Of a stretch of DNA of 64,000 nt, positions 23,587-36,702 are shown piece by piece. This stretch comes from Somniosus microcephalus (lineage: Eukaryota). The position numbers and the translations under genes were made by a program. Numbering within the stretch: the first letter of the stretch is position 1; every line of letters starts with the position of its first letter. The stretch is taken from the NCBI GenBank assembly GCA_052327205.1, contig CM126228.1:19158001-19222000 (forward strand). Direction: 5' to 3'. Below the pieces are notes generated by a model. It did not search any database. It saw nothing but the letters and a program-made list of their open reading frames with translations, and was not told the DNA's origin.

Positions 23587-24146
23587 AATAGTTTTTGGAG
23601 TATCTGATCTAAATAATTCTGTATTTAAAATGGTTTCATACTTTCAATAGTTGTGTTATGAAGGACCAAAATTTTAGATAAAATGCTGGCCAGTGTTTTG
23701 ATGTGGCTGTGTAACGAGATCCGTCCGATCTATAGCTTTTATATTCTACAGGAGCAATATCAAATTTGCACAATTCTTAACAGTAGGTAGCACATTTCTT
23801 GATACAACTGCTGGTTTAAAAGATAAAAGTTAGCAACCCATCAGTTTTTAAATTTTGCCTTTGAATTGAGATTTTCATCTTTATCGTCCGGGCAAAGTGA
23901 TGAGTGGAAAACTCTGTGAAAAGGACTACTCACTTGTAATGGGACCTGCCTGACTTTACTGCTAACCCTCCTCTTTCCAGGTAATCATTCGTAGGAGTTT
24001 GGTGTAAAGGGAGGGTGAGGCCAAATGATGGACCCCAACAAATGATGAATTCCCATTCAATAGTGTAAAATTAAGTTTATTTTATTCATACTATAAGTGG
24101 CAGCTTTTTAGCCAGAAATGCAGATTTTAATGGATAAAATAATACT

Positions 24147-24909
24147 CGGCTGGATTTTACTTACCAAGTCAAATTGGGGGCAGGACTGCTGCCTTCTGGG
24201 TTCTAGTCCCGCCCCCAGCGACGTCTGATGCACAGACGCTATTTTCCCTTGATTAGCCTTGTTAAGCCCGCCCTGTGGGCTTGCCGGCCAATTAAGGAAA
24301 AGCTGGTGCCAGATGAGGTCAGTTGATCACTCTCTTCATCTACCGGTTTTCTTAAAGGGACATGAACCATCTATTTTTGACACATGATTTGACAGTGTTT
24401 ATCCTTGGGATAAAACAGATGGCAGCTGCAGGTGAGGGTACAGAAACGATCTGTCACTTCTCCCAATGAGGCGAGGCCACACAAACACTTCAAAGCTTGT
24501 CACCTACAGAAAAATCTAAACACATTAAAAATGACTTTCCCAACATTTCCTTACCTCTGATACTCACCAGTGTCCCATTGGATCCTTCACACCACTTCTG
24601 CAGCTGTCATCTATACACAAACATTACAACAGACCCACAGCACACCTTACTTACCCTGGCAGGGTTCCCCGACGTTGGGAAGCCCGCAGCAGAAGTCGCA
24701 AAATGGGAAAAAGCCTCTTAACTGCCTGTTAACTACCTGTTAACAGGCAGTTAAGTGGCTATAATCCTCTTCCCGTTCCTGCGCAAATTGGGGACCCAAC
24801 TCCTGGGAAGATTGATTGGAGGTGGGTTGGGAGCGGGTTCGGGACCCGTTCCCATTCTTTTTGATTTTCCCAGCAGACCCGCCTCCTCAGGGCTGGTAAA
24901 ATCCAGCCC
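24147..24909. mobile_element. MITE family B relative, inverted relative to 9587-10370
   Basis: GGCTGGATTTTAC ... GTAAAATCCAGCCC; shares the TAACTGCCTGTTAAC...GTTAACAGGCAGTT palindrome. Confidence 0.7.
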
Positions 24910-26583
24910 TTAATCTTTGTCATTAGGCAATTTTTAAAAATTTGCATCCATGAATTCCTTTTGTTGTAAGCAATTTTTCTACGTTGTCACAGTCGAGTAT
25001 AAATTTGATCACTTGGACATTTGTAGGGTACTTTCATTCTATGAAGAATGGGCTAAACAATTCATAAATTTCAATCTGACTTGTATTTTCTATGGAACCC
25101 CAGGGGAAAGCAGTCTGGAAGCTTCTTTTTAAAGGATTGACTATTCCTTTGGCTGGTAGAATGTATTTTGCATTGTTACTCTGCCACTAATGGGGCATGG
25201 TCCCTTTTATTCATGTCATTACATTTGAAGGTGATTCTCTCCGCATGCATCTGTGCTCTGTGACTTGTAGCCCAAGTCCTAATAATGTACTTTCTTTAGG
25301 CATCATTTAACTTTTTGTGAGGACTTTTTTTAAATGAATAAAATGCTAAGGTAGCTAACTCTCAAGTATTGTTTGAATGGACAGACCTGAGGAAAAAAGT
25401 AGATTAGATTACTTAACGGGAATCATTTTCTTACCTTTCCTCAAGGGATTTTTAAAAAATCTGTCTTTTAACTCCTGGCTATGCCTATTTTAAGGGACCA
25501 GTTTGATCTTGCAGATTGGATTATTTCATTCAACGGTATATACTTGTTTAGAAAATGTATTCTGAATAGTTGGAAAACATGTCCTGCACAAATGCTGAAC
25601 AGAATGGCCTACTCCTGTTCCCATGTTCCAGATTTTGTGACCTGGACTTACATGGTACAGGAAGTAGCAATTCTGGACAAAGTGCCTCCAGTGTCTAAGG
25701 AAGGCTGGTTATTCCTAAAGATTTGAACATTATTAATTAGGTACTAATTATGATGCTCCAATCTAGTTTATTTATGGTTCTCTCCTTTGTTTGTTTATAC
25801 AGTATATGATGATTCAGGAATGATTTATTACAGTTGCTATACAATACCCATAAGCATATTAGAAGATGCGAGTGCCATTTTGATGGTTCGTTTGTTTTTT
25901 TTTTGACATGCTGCTTTGTGTTCTTTATTTTGTAACTTTTGTTTAATAAAAGTGCATTTTTTTACCAAAATTGCAGTTAATAGTAAATCCAAATTTAATG
26001 TGCCATTTTACATCAGTTTTGCGTTGTTACAACGTAACAGTAGTGTTCTAAATGAGTAAAGAACTTGTATTTATTTAGTGCCTTATCTTGGGACAACCCA
26101 GAGTGCTTTGTAACGAATGAATTTCTTTTGAAGTGCAGTTATTGCTATGTGGGCAAAACTCCAAAATCAGGTTGTTAATCTTGACTCTGGACCCCACTAA
26201 ACGCAAGAGGTGTGAGACTTCCACCAGGCAGTAGTCTCACCATTTGGGCTTCACAATGTATGTAAAATAACTCCATCCAAATGTAAAACCAAGTTTAAAA
26301 ATTGCCCAGACTTTGTGTTAGGAGAGAGCTGACTGACTAACTAGTGAGCAGGCTTCTTTATCATTGGTGGGCAAGCAATGCACAGCCGGCAGTGTAACTT
26401 GGAACAGCCCTGCATCATACTGTACAGGTACTGGCATGTGACAACTGGGACCTGCAGTATAACAGCATGCTTAATAAAGACAGATAAAATTACAAATAAT
26501 CATCAGATTTTCAGTGATCATTTTATACTATTCATTATGCATGCGTGTGACTAACACCACTTCTTACTATATTCCTGTTTCAG

Positions 26584-26701
26584 TGTGGCTCAAACACACA
26601 GCTACTTCATGTGTTTCAAGAAGATTTTATTTTGGGATATAAACCACAGAAAGAAGAAATGAATAAGGAGCAAGAATTTCCTTTTACTCAACCTGCACAA
26701 G
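26584..26701 (+). CDS. DMXL2: DMXL2 exon (window exon 7)
   Basis: tttcag|TGTGGC...CAAG|gtatgc; CGSNTQLLHVFQEDFILGYKP; phase 0-1. Confidence 0.95.
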
Positions 26702-26802
26702 GTATGCAAAATCAATTATAAGGGATTTTAACATGGTGCACTTTGATTAAATCCAGATATAGATATAGATACACTCCTTATAGTTGCATGTTACTGTTAA
26801 TA

Positions 26803-27170
26803 TCAGTTTGGCTCAGTTGGTAGCACTCTTGCCTCCGAGTCCGATGGCAATGGGTTCAAGCCACATTCCAGGATTTAAGCATATAATCTAAACTGACATA
26901 TCAGTGCAGTACTGAGGGAACACTGCATTGTTGAGGTGCTGATGTTTGGATGAAATGTTAAAAATGTTAAGTGGTTGTAAAAGATCCTATGACACTACTC
27001 CGAATAAGAGCAGGGAGTTTCCCAACAGTGTTCCATCAACTGGGCATTCATCTTATTTGCTGTACACAATTGGCTGCCATGTTTGCCTCTATAACAGTGA
27101 CTACACTTCAAAAACACTTTGAGACACTCTGAGGACATGATATACCACTATGTAAATGAAATTTCTTTCT
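26803..27170 (+). mobile_element. tRNA-headed Deu-domain SINE (SacSINE1-like) with an L2-type tail
   Basis: A box TGGCTCAGTTGG, B box GGTTCAAGCC, core CAGTGCAGTACTGAGGGA...GGATGAAATGTTAAA; tail fragments of this family also on the minus strand at about 26065-26150, 52270-52370 and 54985-55050. Confidence 0.75.
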
Positions 27171-27307
27171 TTTTGTTTTCAGTCTTCTACACTTATGCTG
27201 GATTTTCATAAATGATTGCCAGGCACAGAATTTTACTGTAATACTTTCTTTGATTACAGTGGGAATTTTGGTTGCTTTTTGAGTTATTTAAACTTCTGTT
27301 ATTTAAG

Positions 27308-27424
27308 GATATCGTGCACCGTCATTCTCTGAGAAGTTCTACCTTGTGGTGATAGAAAGAGACAAGAGGCAATCTGTTCTTCACATGTGGCATCTCCATT
27401 TGAAATCTGTGCAGCCTCGTGTGG
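27308..27424 (+). CDS. DMXL2: DMXL2 exon (window exon 8)
   Basis: tttaag|GATAT...GTGG|gtaggt; GYRAPSFSEKFYLVVIE...LHMWHLHLKSVQ; phase 1-1. Confidence 0.93.
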
Positions 27425-28203
27425 GTAGGTATTTGCAAATACAGTACTGAAGTTAGCTTACTGAACCCTTTTATTTAAGAACAAAATATATATGAAATTT
27501 TTACTAGCAGGTTTATGCTACATAACTATATTACCAAATAGCAAGAGTTTTCATGTGATACCTAAAAAGAAAAGAGGTCATAGATTCAGAGATCAGAGTA
27601 TTTCTATACACAAAAGATGATCAACAGCCAACAAGGGTGGTTGAGGCTAGGACACTTGACTCTTTAAGAAATAACTGATGTAATGGTAAGAGAGTAGGAT
27701 TGGTATTCTGGATAGATGAAGTCAAATGGGCTAAGGGGCCTTTTTAATTTGAACAGATACTGTAATGTATTTTAGCTGAAACCTATTCTACCTGAATGTA
27801 ATAAATTCGCTTTGACCATAGGATTATGCGATTCAAATTATAAACTACAGATTTGGAGCCCGCTGATCATCCCAGAATATTTTAATATGATACTATCTTG
27901 GTTGGAACATTGAATTATGATTCAACTTGAGAGAATATACATAAAGTTTACATCGCACTACCTGGCTTCAGTTTAATATTCAGTGCACATTTTTGTATGT
28001 TTTTAAACCTCTTCAGTAGTAGGTTGAAAAAATGGGTTTCTACACATCAAGGAATATTATATATGTATAGAATTGTAAAATAAACTTCCTTGAAGATGCT
28101 TCAAGCCAACGACACTTTCCTTTACAAGTAACTTTTTATATAAACTCTTTTTATAATTGTCTTCCAATTTGTTATTTTTTATCCCTCCCTTCTTGATGAT
28201 GAT

Positions 28204-28752
28204 GGCCTTGATTTTGCAGTCGGCGGCATAACTACGGATTACGCCACCGGCATCCAAATGTTATGCGCACTTACCTGATGGGGACCCTCCTTCGAGAACT
28301 TGCTGTTTGACGCTGTGTAGTAGAGGGTAGCGTAGTGGCCCACGGATCCCAGGGGCACACCATGTGCGGAAGTCTACCTGGGATCGCGTGAGCCGGTGTT
28401 CCAATCAGAAAACGGAATGTCTCTCATTATTTGTAACATAGATGATTATTCACATTAAATCCCGGAAGGCTCTAGTAATGAGGATTTGTCAGGAGGTCTC
28501 CCCTGTGCCTATTTCCACCAGCTGTAAAATTTTCATACGTAATTGCTGGGCAGTTGGTGGGCGGGCAATTAGTCCAACTCTGCGCCAGAAATTAGGATTT
28601 CCCCATCGGTGCGGATCATCTGTCTTGACAGATCGCAAGTTCAGGATTTAGCGCTATCACATGCGGAAATCCCGAACTTGTTGTCCATTTCAAAGGCGGT
28701 ATGACGGCGTACTCTGAGAGTGCGCTGTCATACCGACCGCAAATTCTGGCCC
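28204..28752. mobile_element. Harbinger-type MITE
   Basis: Imperfect TIRs GGCCTTGATTTTGCAGTCGG / CCGACCGCAAATTCTGGCCC. Confidence 0.65.
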
Positions 28753-28869
28753 ATTGTATGGGTACAATTCCACTGGTAGCAGTTTTCAATAAATTCCTCA
28801 AGTGACTGTTCTTTCGAAACAAGCACAGATAGTAAATGTCACCAGGCTATTTTACTCTAGGTTGGATTA

Positions 28870-29140
28870 CAGACAGCATAATCCTGTCCTCGCCTGATGT
28901 CACACAAATGTACTTTCCAGCAGGGTGATTAGATAGCAATCAGGAGTGGGATCCCTAGCTATTATTGCCCATCTCCACCCACCCCAGCAACTACAGGATG
29001 CTGAGGCCAGTTATCGTGTCCCAAGCACTGCCCTGGCTGAGATTAGATCCCTCAGCACAGACTCACAATTGAGCCTGAGACATCTTGGTCTGTGTGACTT
29101 TGTATCAGAGAGTGTGGTGCATTTACCCTCACTGATGTTG
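28870..29140 (-). mobile_element. Old tRNA-derived SINE fragment
   Basis: Reverse complement aligns by eye with 62647-62832 (CTGTGCTGAG...ATCTCAGCC, ACTGGCCT). Confidence 0.6.
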
Positions 29141-29237
29141 GGTTGTTGAGGGAGCATCTCTGATTGTTAGAAAAATCATTCAAAGTTGTAATTTTTAATG
29201 TTTTTTCTTTCTCCGCTCAACAAAACTAATATCACAG

Positions 29238-29450
29238 AAGTGAGCACATCAGATAATCAGCTATCTGTACCAGAGGAAAAGGGCTTTAGCCTATCTCCAA
29301 ATACTTCTGTTTTGAGTTCTCTTCCACGCTCTGCGTCAGTTGCTAATCTTCAGACTGCTAGCAAGCTGATACTTCGCTCTGAGTTAGTCTACAGTCAGCA
29401 GTTAAACCTACCCGAGGGAGTGGAAGTAATCCGAGCAACTCCTTCTGCAG
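29238..29450 (+). CDS. DMXL2: DMXL2 exon (window exon 9)
   Basis: tcacag|AAGTG...GCAG|gtaact; ANLQTASKLIL...LPEGVEVIRATPSA; phase 1-1. Confidence 0.9.
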
Positions 29451-30149
29451 GTAACTGTTTTTTGTATTTAATGTACAGAAAGTTTCCCCCCCCCCCCCCC
29501 CAGTAATCCATAAGTCTGCACGCATGTCCAATATGACTTCAAGGCCACATCTTCCTCCCCAGTGGTGTTGTATGTCACGGTCCCAGTAATGGCCATGGAC
29601 GCAGTTTTTAGCACTACAGGAGGAGGGGACTTCAAAGCTTGATGCTGGGTTGGGTGGGATTGATGCAGGTGGAGAATGGGTTGGCTATGGCAGGGGCTTG
29701 AGATTGGGTCGGGTGTTGAAAGATTCATTAAGCATGTGGGAGGTGGCAGTGAGGAGGGAGCAGACAGCAAGCCATATTGTAGTATGTCCAAGGTGGGTGG
29801 TGTGGGGAGCAGTAGCACTACCTATCTTGGAGATGCAGCTAGGAGGTCTCAGTGGGTAGGTAAGCAACAACGCCACCAACCTTGGAGACCAAGTTTGGAC
29901 ACTCAGTCAGGGGTGTTAAATACAATGAATAGGCAAGTTTAATTGTGACAGAAAAGCATGATGAAAATCAACATGACAGGAGGAAGTAATGGAACTGCTA
30001 CTTGACAGGATGCATGTGTTGGGATAATTTCTTTACCCTTTTAATAACAGATTTAAAAAGCTAGAGACAGTAGTATGCCTGAGAATTAGCTACATTTATG
30101 ATTGTTTCAAAACACTCATCTTGAAACCAGAACTCTGCACGTAGTTTTC

Positions 30150-30680
30150 ATATTGTAAAAAGGATATAGAGGCACTGGTGAAGATGCAAAAAAGATTTAC
30201 TAGAATGATACCAGAACTGAGAGGCTATACCGATCAGGAAAGATTGAGCACGCTGCGGATCTTATCTCTAGAAAAGAGAAGACTGAGGGGTGACCTGATA
30301 GAGGTCTTCAAGATTATGAAAGGGTTTGATAGGGTAGACATAGAGAAGATGTTTCCATTTGTGGTGGAGACCAGAACTAGGGGCTATAAATATAAGATTG
30401 TCACTAATAAATCCAATAGGGAATTCAGGAGAAACTTCTTTACCCAGAGAGTGGTTAGATAATAGAACTTGCTACCACAAGGAGTAGTTGAGGTGACTAG
30501 CATAAATGCATTTAAGGGGAAGCTAGATAAACATGAGAGAGAAAGGAATAGAAGGATATGTTGATGGGGTTAGATGAAGAAGGGTGGGAGGAGGCTCGTG
30601 TGGAGCATGAATACTGGCGTGGACCTGTTGGGCCGAATGGCCTGTTTGTGTTGTAAATTCTATGTAATACTATGTAGTTC
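30150..30680 (+). mobile_element. CR1 LINE 3' fragment
   Basis: QKRFTRMIPELRG...LEKRRLRGDLIEVFKIMKG...FFTQRVV; tail TTCTATGTAATACTATGT. Confidence 0.9.
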
Positions 30681-30965
30681 ACGGAGTCCTATGTCTAGAA
30701 ACTTGTGTATATACTGTGTAATTCTATGTAAAGCTTTGTATCTCTTTTATACCATTTAAAAAACAAGCTTACATTGTCTAATTCTTGCTGAGGTTAACAT
30801 TGTTGGGTGTTTTATTACCCTTGGGTCATTGAACATACAAAGATTGAGGCCTCATGTCCTGGTTAATAGTCTGGTCAAGATCCTGATACAGTCACCCTTG
30901 GCTTTTGTCCTGGGGTGTCATTGCAATCAAAAGGTAAGAACTGCCAGTGTACAGATCAAACCAAA

Positions 30966-31375
30966 TCAGAAATAAAAACAGAAAATGCTGGAAATACTCA
31001 GCAGGTCAGGCAGCATCTATGGAGAGGGGAACAGAATTTGATCAGAACTGGAAAGAGTTCGAGATGTAACCGGTTTTAAGCAAGTACAGAGGCAGGGGGA
31101 GGGGAGCAAAGAACAAAAGGGAAGGTCTGATAGGGTGGGAGGCAGGAGAGATTAAATGACAAAAAGGATGATGGTGCAAGGCGAAAGAGGATGCTAATAG
31201 GACAAGTAAAGAAACAAAAGATGGGTCTAGAGGAGGAGTAAATGGCCACAGCAGAATCATTGCCAACAGCTGCTCTCGGGGGGGGGAAATGAGAGCAGTG
31301 GTTATGATCTGAAATTGTTGAACTCAATGTTGAGTCTGGACCTGCTGTGCATTTGCAGCATTTTCTGTTTATATT
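30966..31375 (-). mobile_element. Penelope-like element 3' fragment with inverted terminal segment
   Basis: Minus strand encodes RLNIEFNNFRS (end of GIY-YIG domain) at about 31305-31340; AAAATGCTGGAAATACTCAGCAGGTC is mirrored by GACCTGCTG...GCATTTTCTG. Confidence 0.75.
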
Positions 31376-31756
31376 TTAATTTCTACATTAGCTGTTCTGT
31401 CTTTAAAAAAAATATATAAAAATGTACGTACATGTACATACACAAAACAGTTGATATATATAAAATTGTTTCATTGACATTTTGAAAACTCAACCAGTTG
31501 TTACACATAGGTAAAATTGATACATCTGAACCTTCCAGCAAGGGTTACTAGATAGTGTTCAGGAGGAGCAACTCTGGCTGTTCTCCCTCTCATGCCTCTA
31601 CACCACCTTAACCAGGGGACACTGAGGCCACTAGTAACACTCCCTAACCACCCTGTCTGTGATAAATTCACTTGTCACAGAGCAGGGATAGATTTTCTTT
31701 TTACAAATTTAACCTAGAATGTCTCACTGTTATAATACAGTTTTTCTTTCTTTTAG

Positions 31757-33445
31757 GTCACTTGAGTTCATCTTCAATCTACCCAGTCTGCCTTGCACCT
31801 TATCTAATAGTGACCTCGTGTTCTGATGGTAAAGTGAGATTCTGGCGATGTACTGTGGATAAAAATTCAAGCTCTGAAAACTTAGAGGAAGTACGTGCTT
31901 ATCAATGGGAAACCTGGCCTTTGATGAATGAGGAAGGTGACCACAGTAACAGTGCAGTGAGTGTTCCTGGACGGCCAGTGGCCGTGAGCTGTTCATACAC
32001 GGGACGTTTGGCTGTAGCTTATAAAGAGCCTGTACAGCCTAATGGCATTACGTCAAAAGAGTTCTCGATGCATGTCTCCATATTTGAGTGTGAATCTACT
32101 GGAGGATCAGAGTGGGTTTTGGAGCAGACAATTCATTTAGATGATTTAGGAAAGGTTGGAGGTGTCCTGGACTCTAGGGTTAGCGTAGACAGCAATTTAT
32201 TTGTATATAATAAATCAGACCTTTATCTTAAAGGCAACCACATGACGTCTAACATAAAACATTTAGTGCATTTGGACTGGGTATCAAAAGAAGATGGCTC
32301 TCATGTTCTTACAGTGGGAGTCGGTTCCAAAATTCTCATGTATGGAAGACTGTCGGGGATTGTAACTGAACAAGCAGGTACCAAAGATGGACTGGCTGTT
32401 ATTACTTTGCCACTAGGGGGAAGCATTAAACAAGGAACCAAGTCAAAATGGGTATTGCTCAGATGTGTGGATTTGATGTCTTCAGTAGATGGAACACCTT
32501 CACTTCCAGTTTCTCTGTCCTGGGTGAGAGATGGCATCCTGGTAATTGGGATGGACTGTGAAATGCATGTGTATGCACAGTGGAAGCATTCTACAAAACC
32601 ATTAAAAGATACTGAGAGTGGGAGCTTGTCATCTTTTGAAGATTTAGCTGATGCTTCCACATTTGAGACTAAAGTATTTTCAAAGCGGCACAGTGTTGCT
32701 GATGGAACCACTGGTGTAGATGATGTATCTGGAGTCCCAGGAATGGTGCAAGATGGTGGATTGTTCGAAGCTGCTCACATTCTTTCTCCTACACTTCCTC
32801 AATATCACCCCACTCAGCTATTGGAGCTTATGGATTTGGGCAAGGTGCGCAGAGCTAAGGCAATTCTTTCACATTTGGTTAAGTGTATTGCAGGAGAAGT
32901 TGCAGTTTTTAGGGATAGAGACCCAGGAGAGGGAGGAGGACCTAGACGTCACCTTTCTCGAACCATCAGTGTAAGTGGAAGTACAGGAAAAGATACAATT
33001 ATAGCTGGAAGAGAAGGTACTCGCGATTATACTGAGATAGACTCAGTTCCACCACTGCCACTTTATGCATTGCTGTCTGCAGATCAGGATGCATCCTATA
33101 AAATTGCTGAAGAAACCGCTAAAGCAGACAAAGGTTCACGAACTCAAAGTAAAAGGAAAATGGAGGATCAGTATGCTGATTTGTTTCAGTCTCCAAGTGT
33201 AACCACAGATGACTTTGTTGGCTTTGTAATTGAAAAGAAGGAATCTAGATCTAAAGTCATAAATCTATCCCAGTATGGTCCAACATACTTTGGGCCAGAA
33301 CATGCCCGTGTGCTTTCCAGTCACCTGATGCACTCAAGTTTGCCAGGACTTACACGACTAGAACAGATGTTCCTTGTAGCTTTGGCTGACACAGTGGCTA
33401 CCACAAGCGCAGAAGTTAATGAAAATAGGGACAAAAACTACTCTG
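31757..33445 (+). CDS. DMXL2: DMXL2 large exon (window exon 10), WD40 region into the Rav1p_C-like region
   Basis: ttttag|GTCAC...TCTG|gtatgt; HLSSSSIYPVCLAPY...ECESTGGSEWVLEQ...LPQYHPTQLLELMDLGKVRRAKAIL...LPGLTRLEQMFLVALADT; 1689 nt, phase 1-1. Confidence 0.97.
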
Positions 33446-35122
33446 GTATGTATATAATAACTTTGTTAGATTATTTTCTAAATCAAGATATGCTTTTTCA
33501 ATAGTGATAGCACAATCCTAAGTATTTATACAGTAGCAATGGAAGAGGGTTTTCCCAATAATTTTACTTTGTAAGCATCATATTTATTTGCTTTAAAAGA
33601 GCAACAATTAAAGATTGTAATGCATCAGATGATTGGTTCATTGTTCAGTTTCATGAATAGTTCTAGATTATTAAACTTTTTGTAATATCTGGAATGTTAA
33701 GTACATTTATAATGTAATTTTTTGATTGGGCGAGAAAAGAGAGAGAGGGAGCAATTTTTAACTAACCTGCCTAGTGGAAATCTGACTGGATCGGATCAGC
33801 AGCCCTTTTACACCCCGCCCGATTTTGCTATCTATTGAAGTCAATGGAAAGTAATATCTGCCAGAATAAATTTTTAAAGGTTCTTTGTGGGGCAGGAGGA
33901 GTAAGAGTACCTCCCCTGCTACCTGATTGTGAACTTGCCCTTCCTCCCAAATCCGTACTTACAACCCCCTTCCCTCCGAATCTGAACTTTGGTGACCTGA
34001 CCCTCCCCCCCCCCCCCCCCCCCCCCAAATCACTTTTGATTTGCCACCCACTAGCAGTGACGTCATTCCTGTCAATTTCAGGCGTGTGTCAGTGTTCGGG
34101 TATGCAAATGAGGTCCAGGAATTAAAATCTCCCGGGCTTAACGATTTCAGAGGGCCGCCCAAATTCCCACCACTTGTTGAAGTTGGCTGTATACTTTCTT
34201 ACACCATTTCGTGTGAATGCCTACTGGAAGTGTCTGAAATGAGATAACAAATTATCTTTTGTATCCGATCATTATGGATAACCGTTTCATTGCCTGGCTC
34301 ATTAATTTCTGGATGAGCTCATTAACATATCAGTTCTCTCTGGCACCAGTCTGCCTCCCTCTGTTAAGGTGACAGAAATAATGCTGGACCTTTTTAGAAT
34401 TAAGTATTAACAATTCTGAACCTGAGTTCATATCAGGAATATATTATAGCTTTAACTGAAAATCCCTGCTAGGTCAAATAGTCCATATTCCCTAATATGA
34501 TTCTTCTCTTCCATCTGGGTAAAGAAATATTTGGAGTGATGCTGTACTTTTAAAATAAAACCCATCAGTATGAACCTAAGAAGTGTCTGTAAACCTTTTA
34601 CATTTTTAACTTGTACTTGATGTAAATTATTTTTATGACAGCCCTCAATATCTGAATTGTTTTTCTCTCCCCATTGTGACACTTCAGTGTGATGTGTGCA
34701 ATTCCTCCTTCCTCAACATTGGACATAGTCAATGTTATATACTTGTAATGTTGACTACAACATTATTTTTAACCATCTTTACCTGCATGCAAGAAATAGA
34801 ATTGCCTTTAAATAGTACAAATGTTAACATGGATGAAATTGTAGTAACATTAAACACCTGTACAATCACACTTGTTTCACAAAACAAATCTATATTTGAA
34901 CTTTAAAAAAGCACATTAATTGTAGGCGCCATGGCAGCAGTTTAAAACAAATAATTACTAATATTTCTGATGCAAACATAATTTGAAATGAAAGCTAATG
35001 TAATAGTAAGCAGAGTGAAACCTCAAAGTAAGCATCTCTGTTGGTTTGTCCTGTTTATTGCCAACTCAAGTAAAATCTGATTGAACGAATGTTTCTTGAT
35101 TTCTTTGTCCTTCTCTTTGTAG

Positions 35123-35233
35123 GAGCTGAGACTTTGGATGAATGTGGTTTACGTTATTTGCTTGCCATGCGTTTGCACACATGCCTCCTGACATCTCTGC
35201 CTCTGGTCTATAGACTTCAACTCTTGCATCAAG
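35123..35233 (+). CDS. DMXL2: DMXL2 exon (window exon 11)
   Basis: ttgtag|GAGCT...CAAG|gtacag; ETLDECGLRYLLAMRLHTCLLTSLP; phase 1-1. Confidence 0.95.
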
Positions 35234-35236
35234 GTA

Positions 35237-35563
35237 CAGGAAACTTTATCCGAAGGTTGTATGTCCGGAATACTCGATCTAACGGCAAAAATCAGGAGCC
35301 GTTTTCTACAAGTTTTTTTAGATCTCGTTTTTTTTTTTCCCCAGTCAGGCACTGCAAGGCCTGTAGCTATAGCAACAGCTTCAGCTAGAGACGCTTGCAG
35401 CTGCAGCCAACTCTTTAGAAGCTCTTGCTAAGCAACAGTGTTTGTTGTCAGATACGGAGATGAAAACTTCCGTATGCTTCAACATTAACTTTGTATGTCC
35501 GGCAGCTTTGATAGATCGGCAACACGCCGATCCCGTCAGTGCCGGATATCACAAAGTTTCCTG
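35237..35563. mobile_element. Tc1/mariner-pogo (Tigger-like) MITE inserted in the exon 11 splice donor
   Basis: TA|CAGGAAACTTT ... AAAGTTTCCTG|TA. Confidence 0.8.
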
Positions 35564-35819
35564 TATGAGGTTTGGGCAAAGTATCATTGGGTCATTTAAT
35601 ACTGAGCTTTATTCTACTTACAGTATTTGGATAACTCCCATAATAATTATAATAAAGACTACATTCAAAGTTATTTTATTAAACTAGTAATGAGTTCTGT
35701 CATTTCTTTTTAAATTCCCTCTCAGGAAAAAAAAAGCCATTGTTTTCAACTTGAACACTGGATTCTAACCCAGAACACATGAAGTTGCAGTTCCACTGAG
35801 ACTAATTCTTGTCTGCCCT

Positions 35820-36200
35820 AAAGCTGAAATCCCATTGCCCCTGTCCTCACCAAGCTCCACTGGCTTCCTGTGTTCCAGTGAATCAACTTTAAGATTCTCT
35901 TCATCACCAACAGTTCCCCTCTTGGTCTCCCTAACTCCATGATCTCAACCAGCCCGCCACTCCTGTGTGTACCCTCTGGTCCTCCAGCCTACTACTCCTT
36001 CAACCATCTTGCCCCTGGCCTCTAGAACTTCCTCGCCATCTCTGTCTGCATCTCCCTCCTTGCCTTCAGAAACCTCTTTAAAGACTCTTGTCTTTGTACC
36101 TTTATCCCCTCCTCACCCTCTTTTTTCCATCCTGATCAATGTCCATTCTGTATCTATTCTTTGTATGTAATTAGCATTACTGATATAAGTTGTTGTTGTC
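35820..36200 (+). mobile_element. L2 LINE 3' fragment
   Basis: Encodes CPCPHQAPLAS / LTKLHWLPV-like L2 C-terminus; GTTGTTGTTG tail. Confidence 0.65.
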
Positions 36201-36702
36201 CCAACTTAGTAAGTTCTTAATCAGGCTATGTGTAGAGCACTGCACAAAGAGAAAAAACAGAGTGAACCACTTCTTTTCAGCTGGGAAGATATGGTGATAG
36301 CTACATGCCACAGATCATCCTGTTGTCCAGCGGAAGGAAGAAGCTACTGCAGTTGGGAGCTACAAAGTGAAAAATTATGAATACGGCAATTGAAAATGTT
36401 TTGTCTAAAATAAAATGCTTTAAGTTCTGGATGTTCTTTGAAACACAATTAATCTTGGAAAAACAATTGATAGCAGCAAGATTTTTTTTTAAACTATCAG
36501 AGTGCCAGGTCTATGGTAAAAATATTTTGTTAAATCCATATAGGCTGTGCTGTGCTTAACTTTAAACCATTAATTTGTTCACAAATGCGAATAATGGAGA
36601 ACATCAGCAATGGTTTAATAACAAAAATGCTTCATTCTTTTTCGATACAATTTTCTCCCTTTTCTGAAGGTGCTAACTTGTGCTTAGGGCTTGCTCTGTA
36701 TG

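Noticed and set aside
31672-33504. 610-aa ORF (and the 388-aa ORF at 49385-50551) as stand-alone genes
   Set aside because: Both are large DMXL2 exons extended by intronic read-through; splice sites and phases link them to neighbouring exons.
34004-34026. Long poly-C runs (also about 46570 and 51021) as functional G-quadruplex elements
   Set aside because: They lie inside decayed repeats and homopolymer lengths are unreliable; there is no other support.
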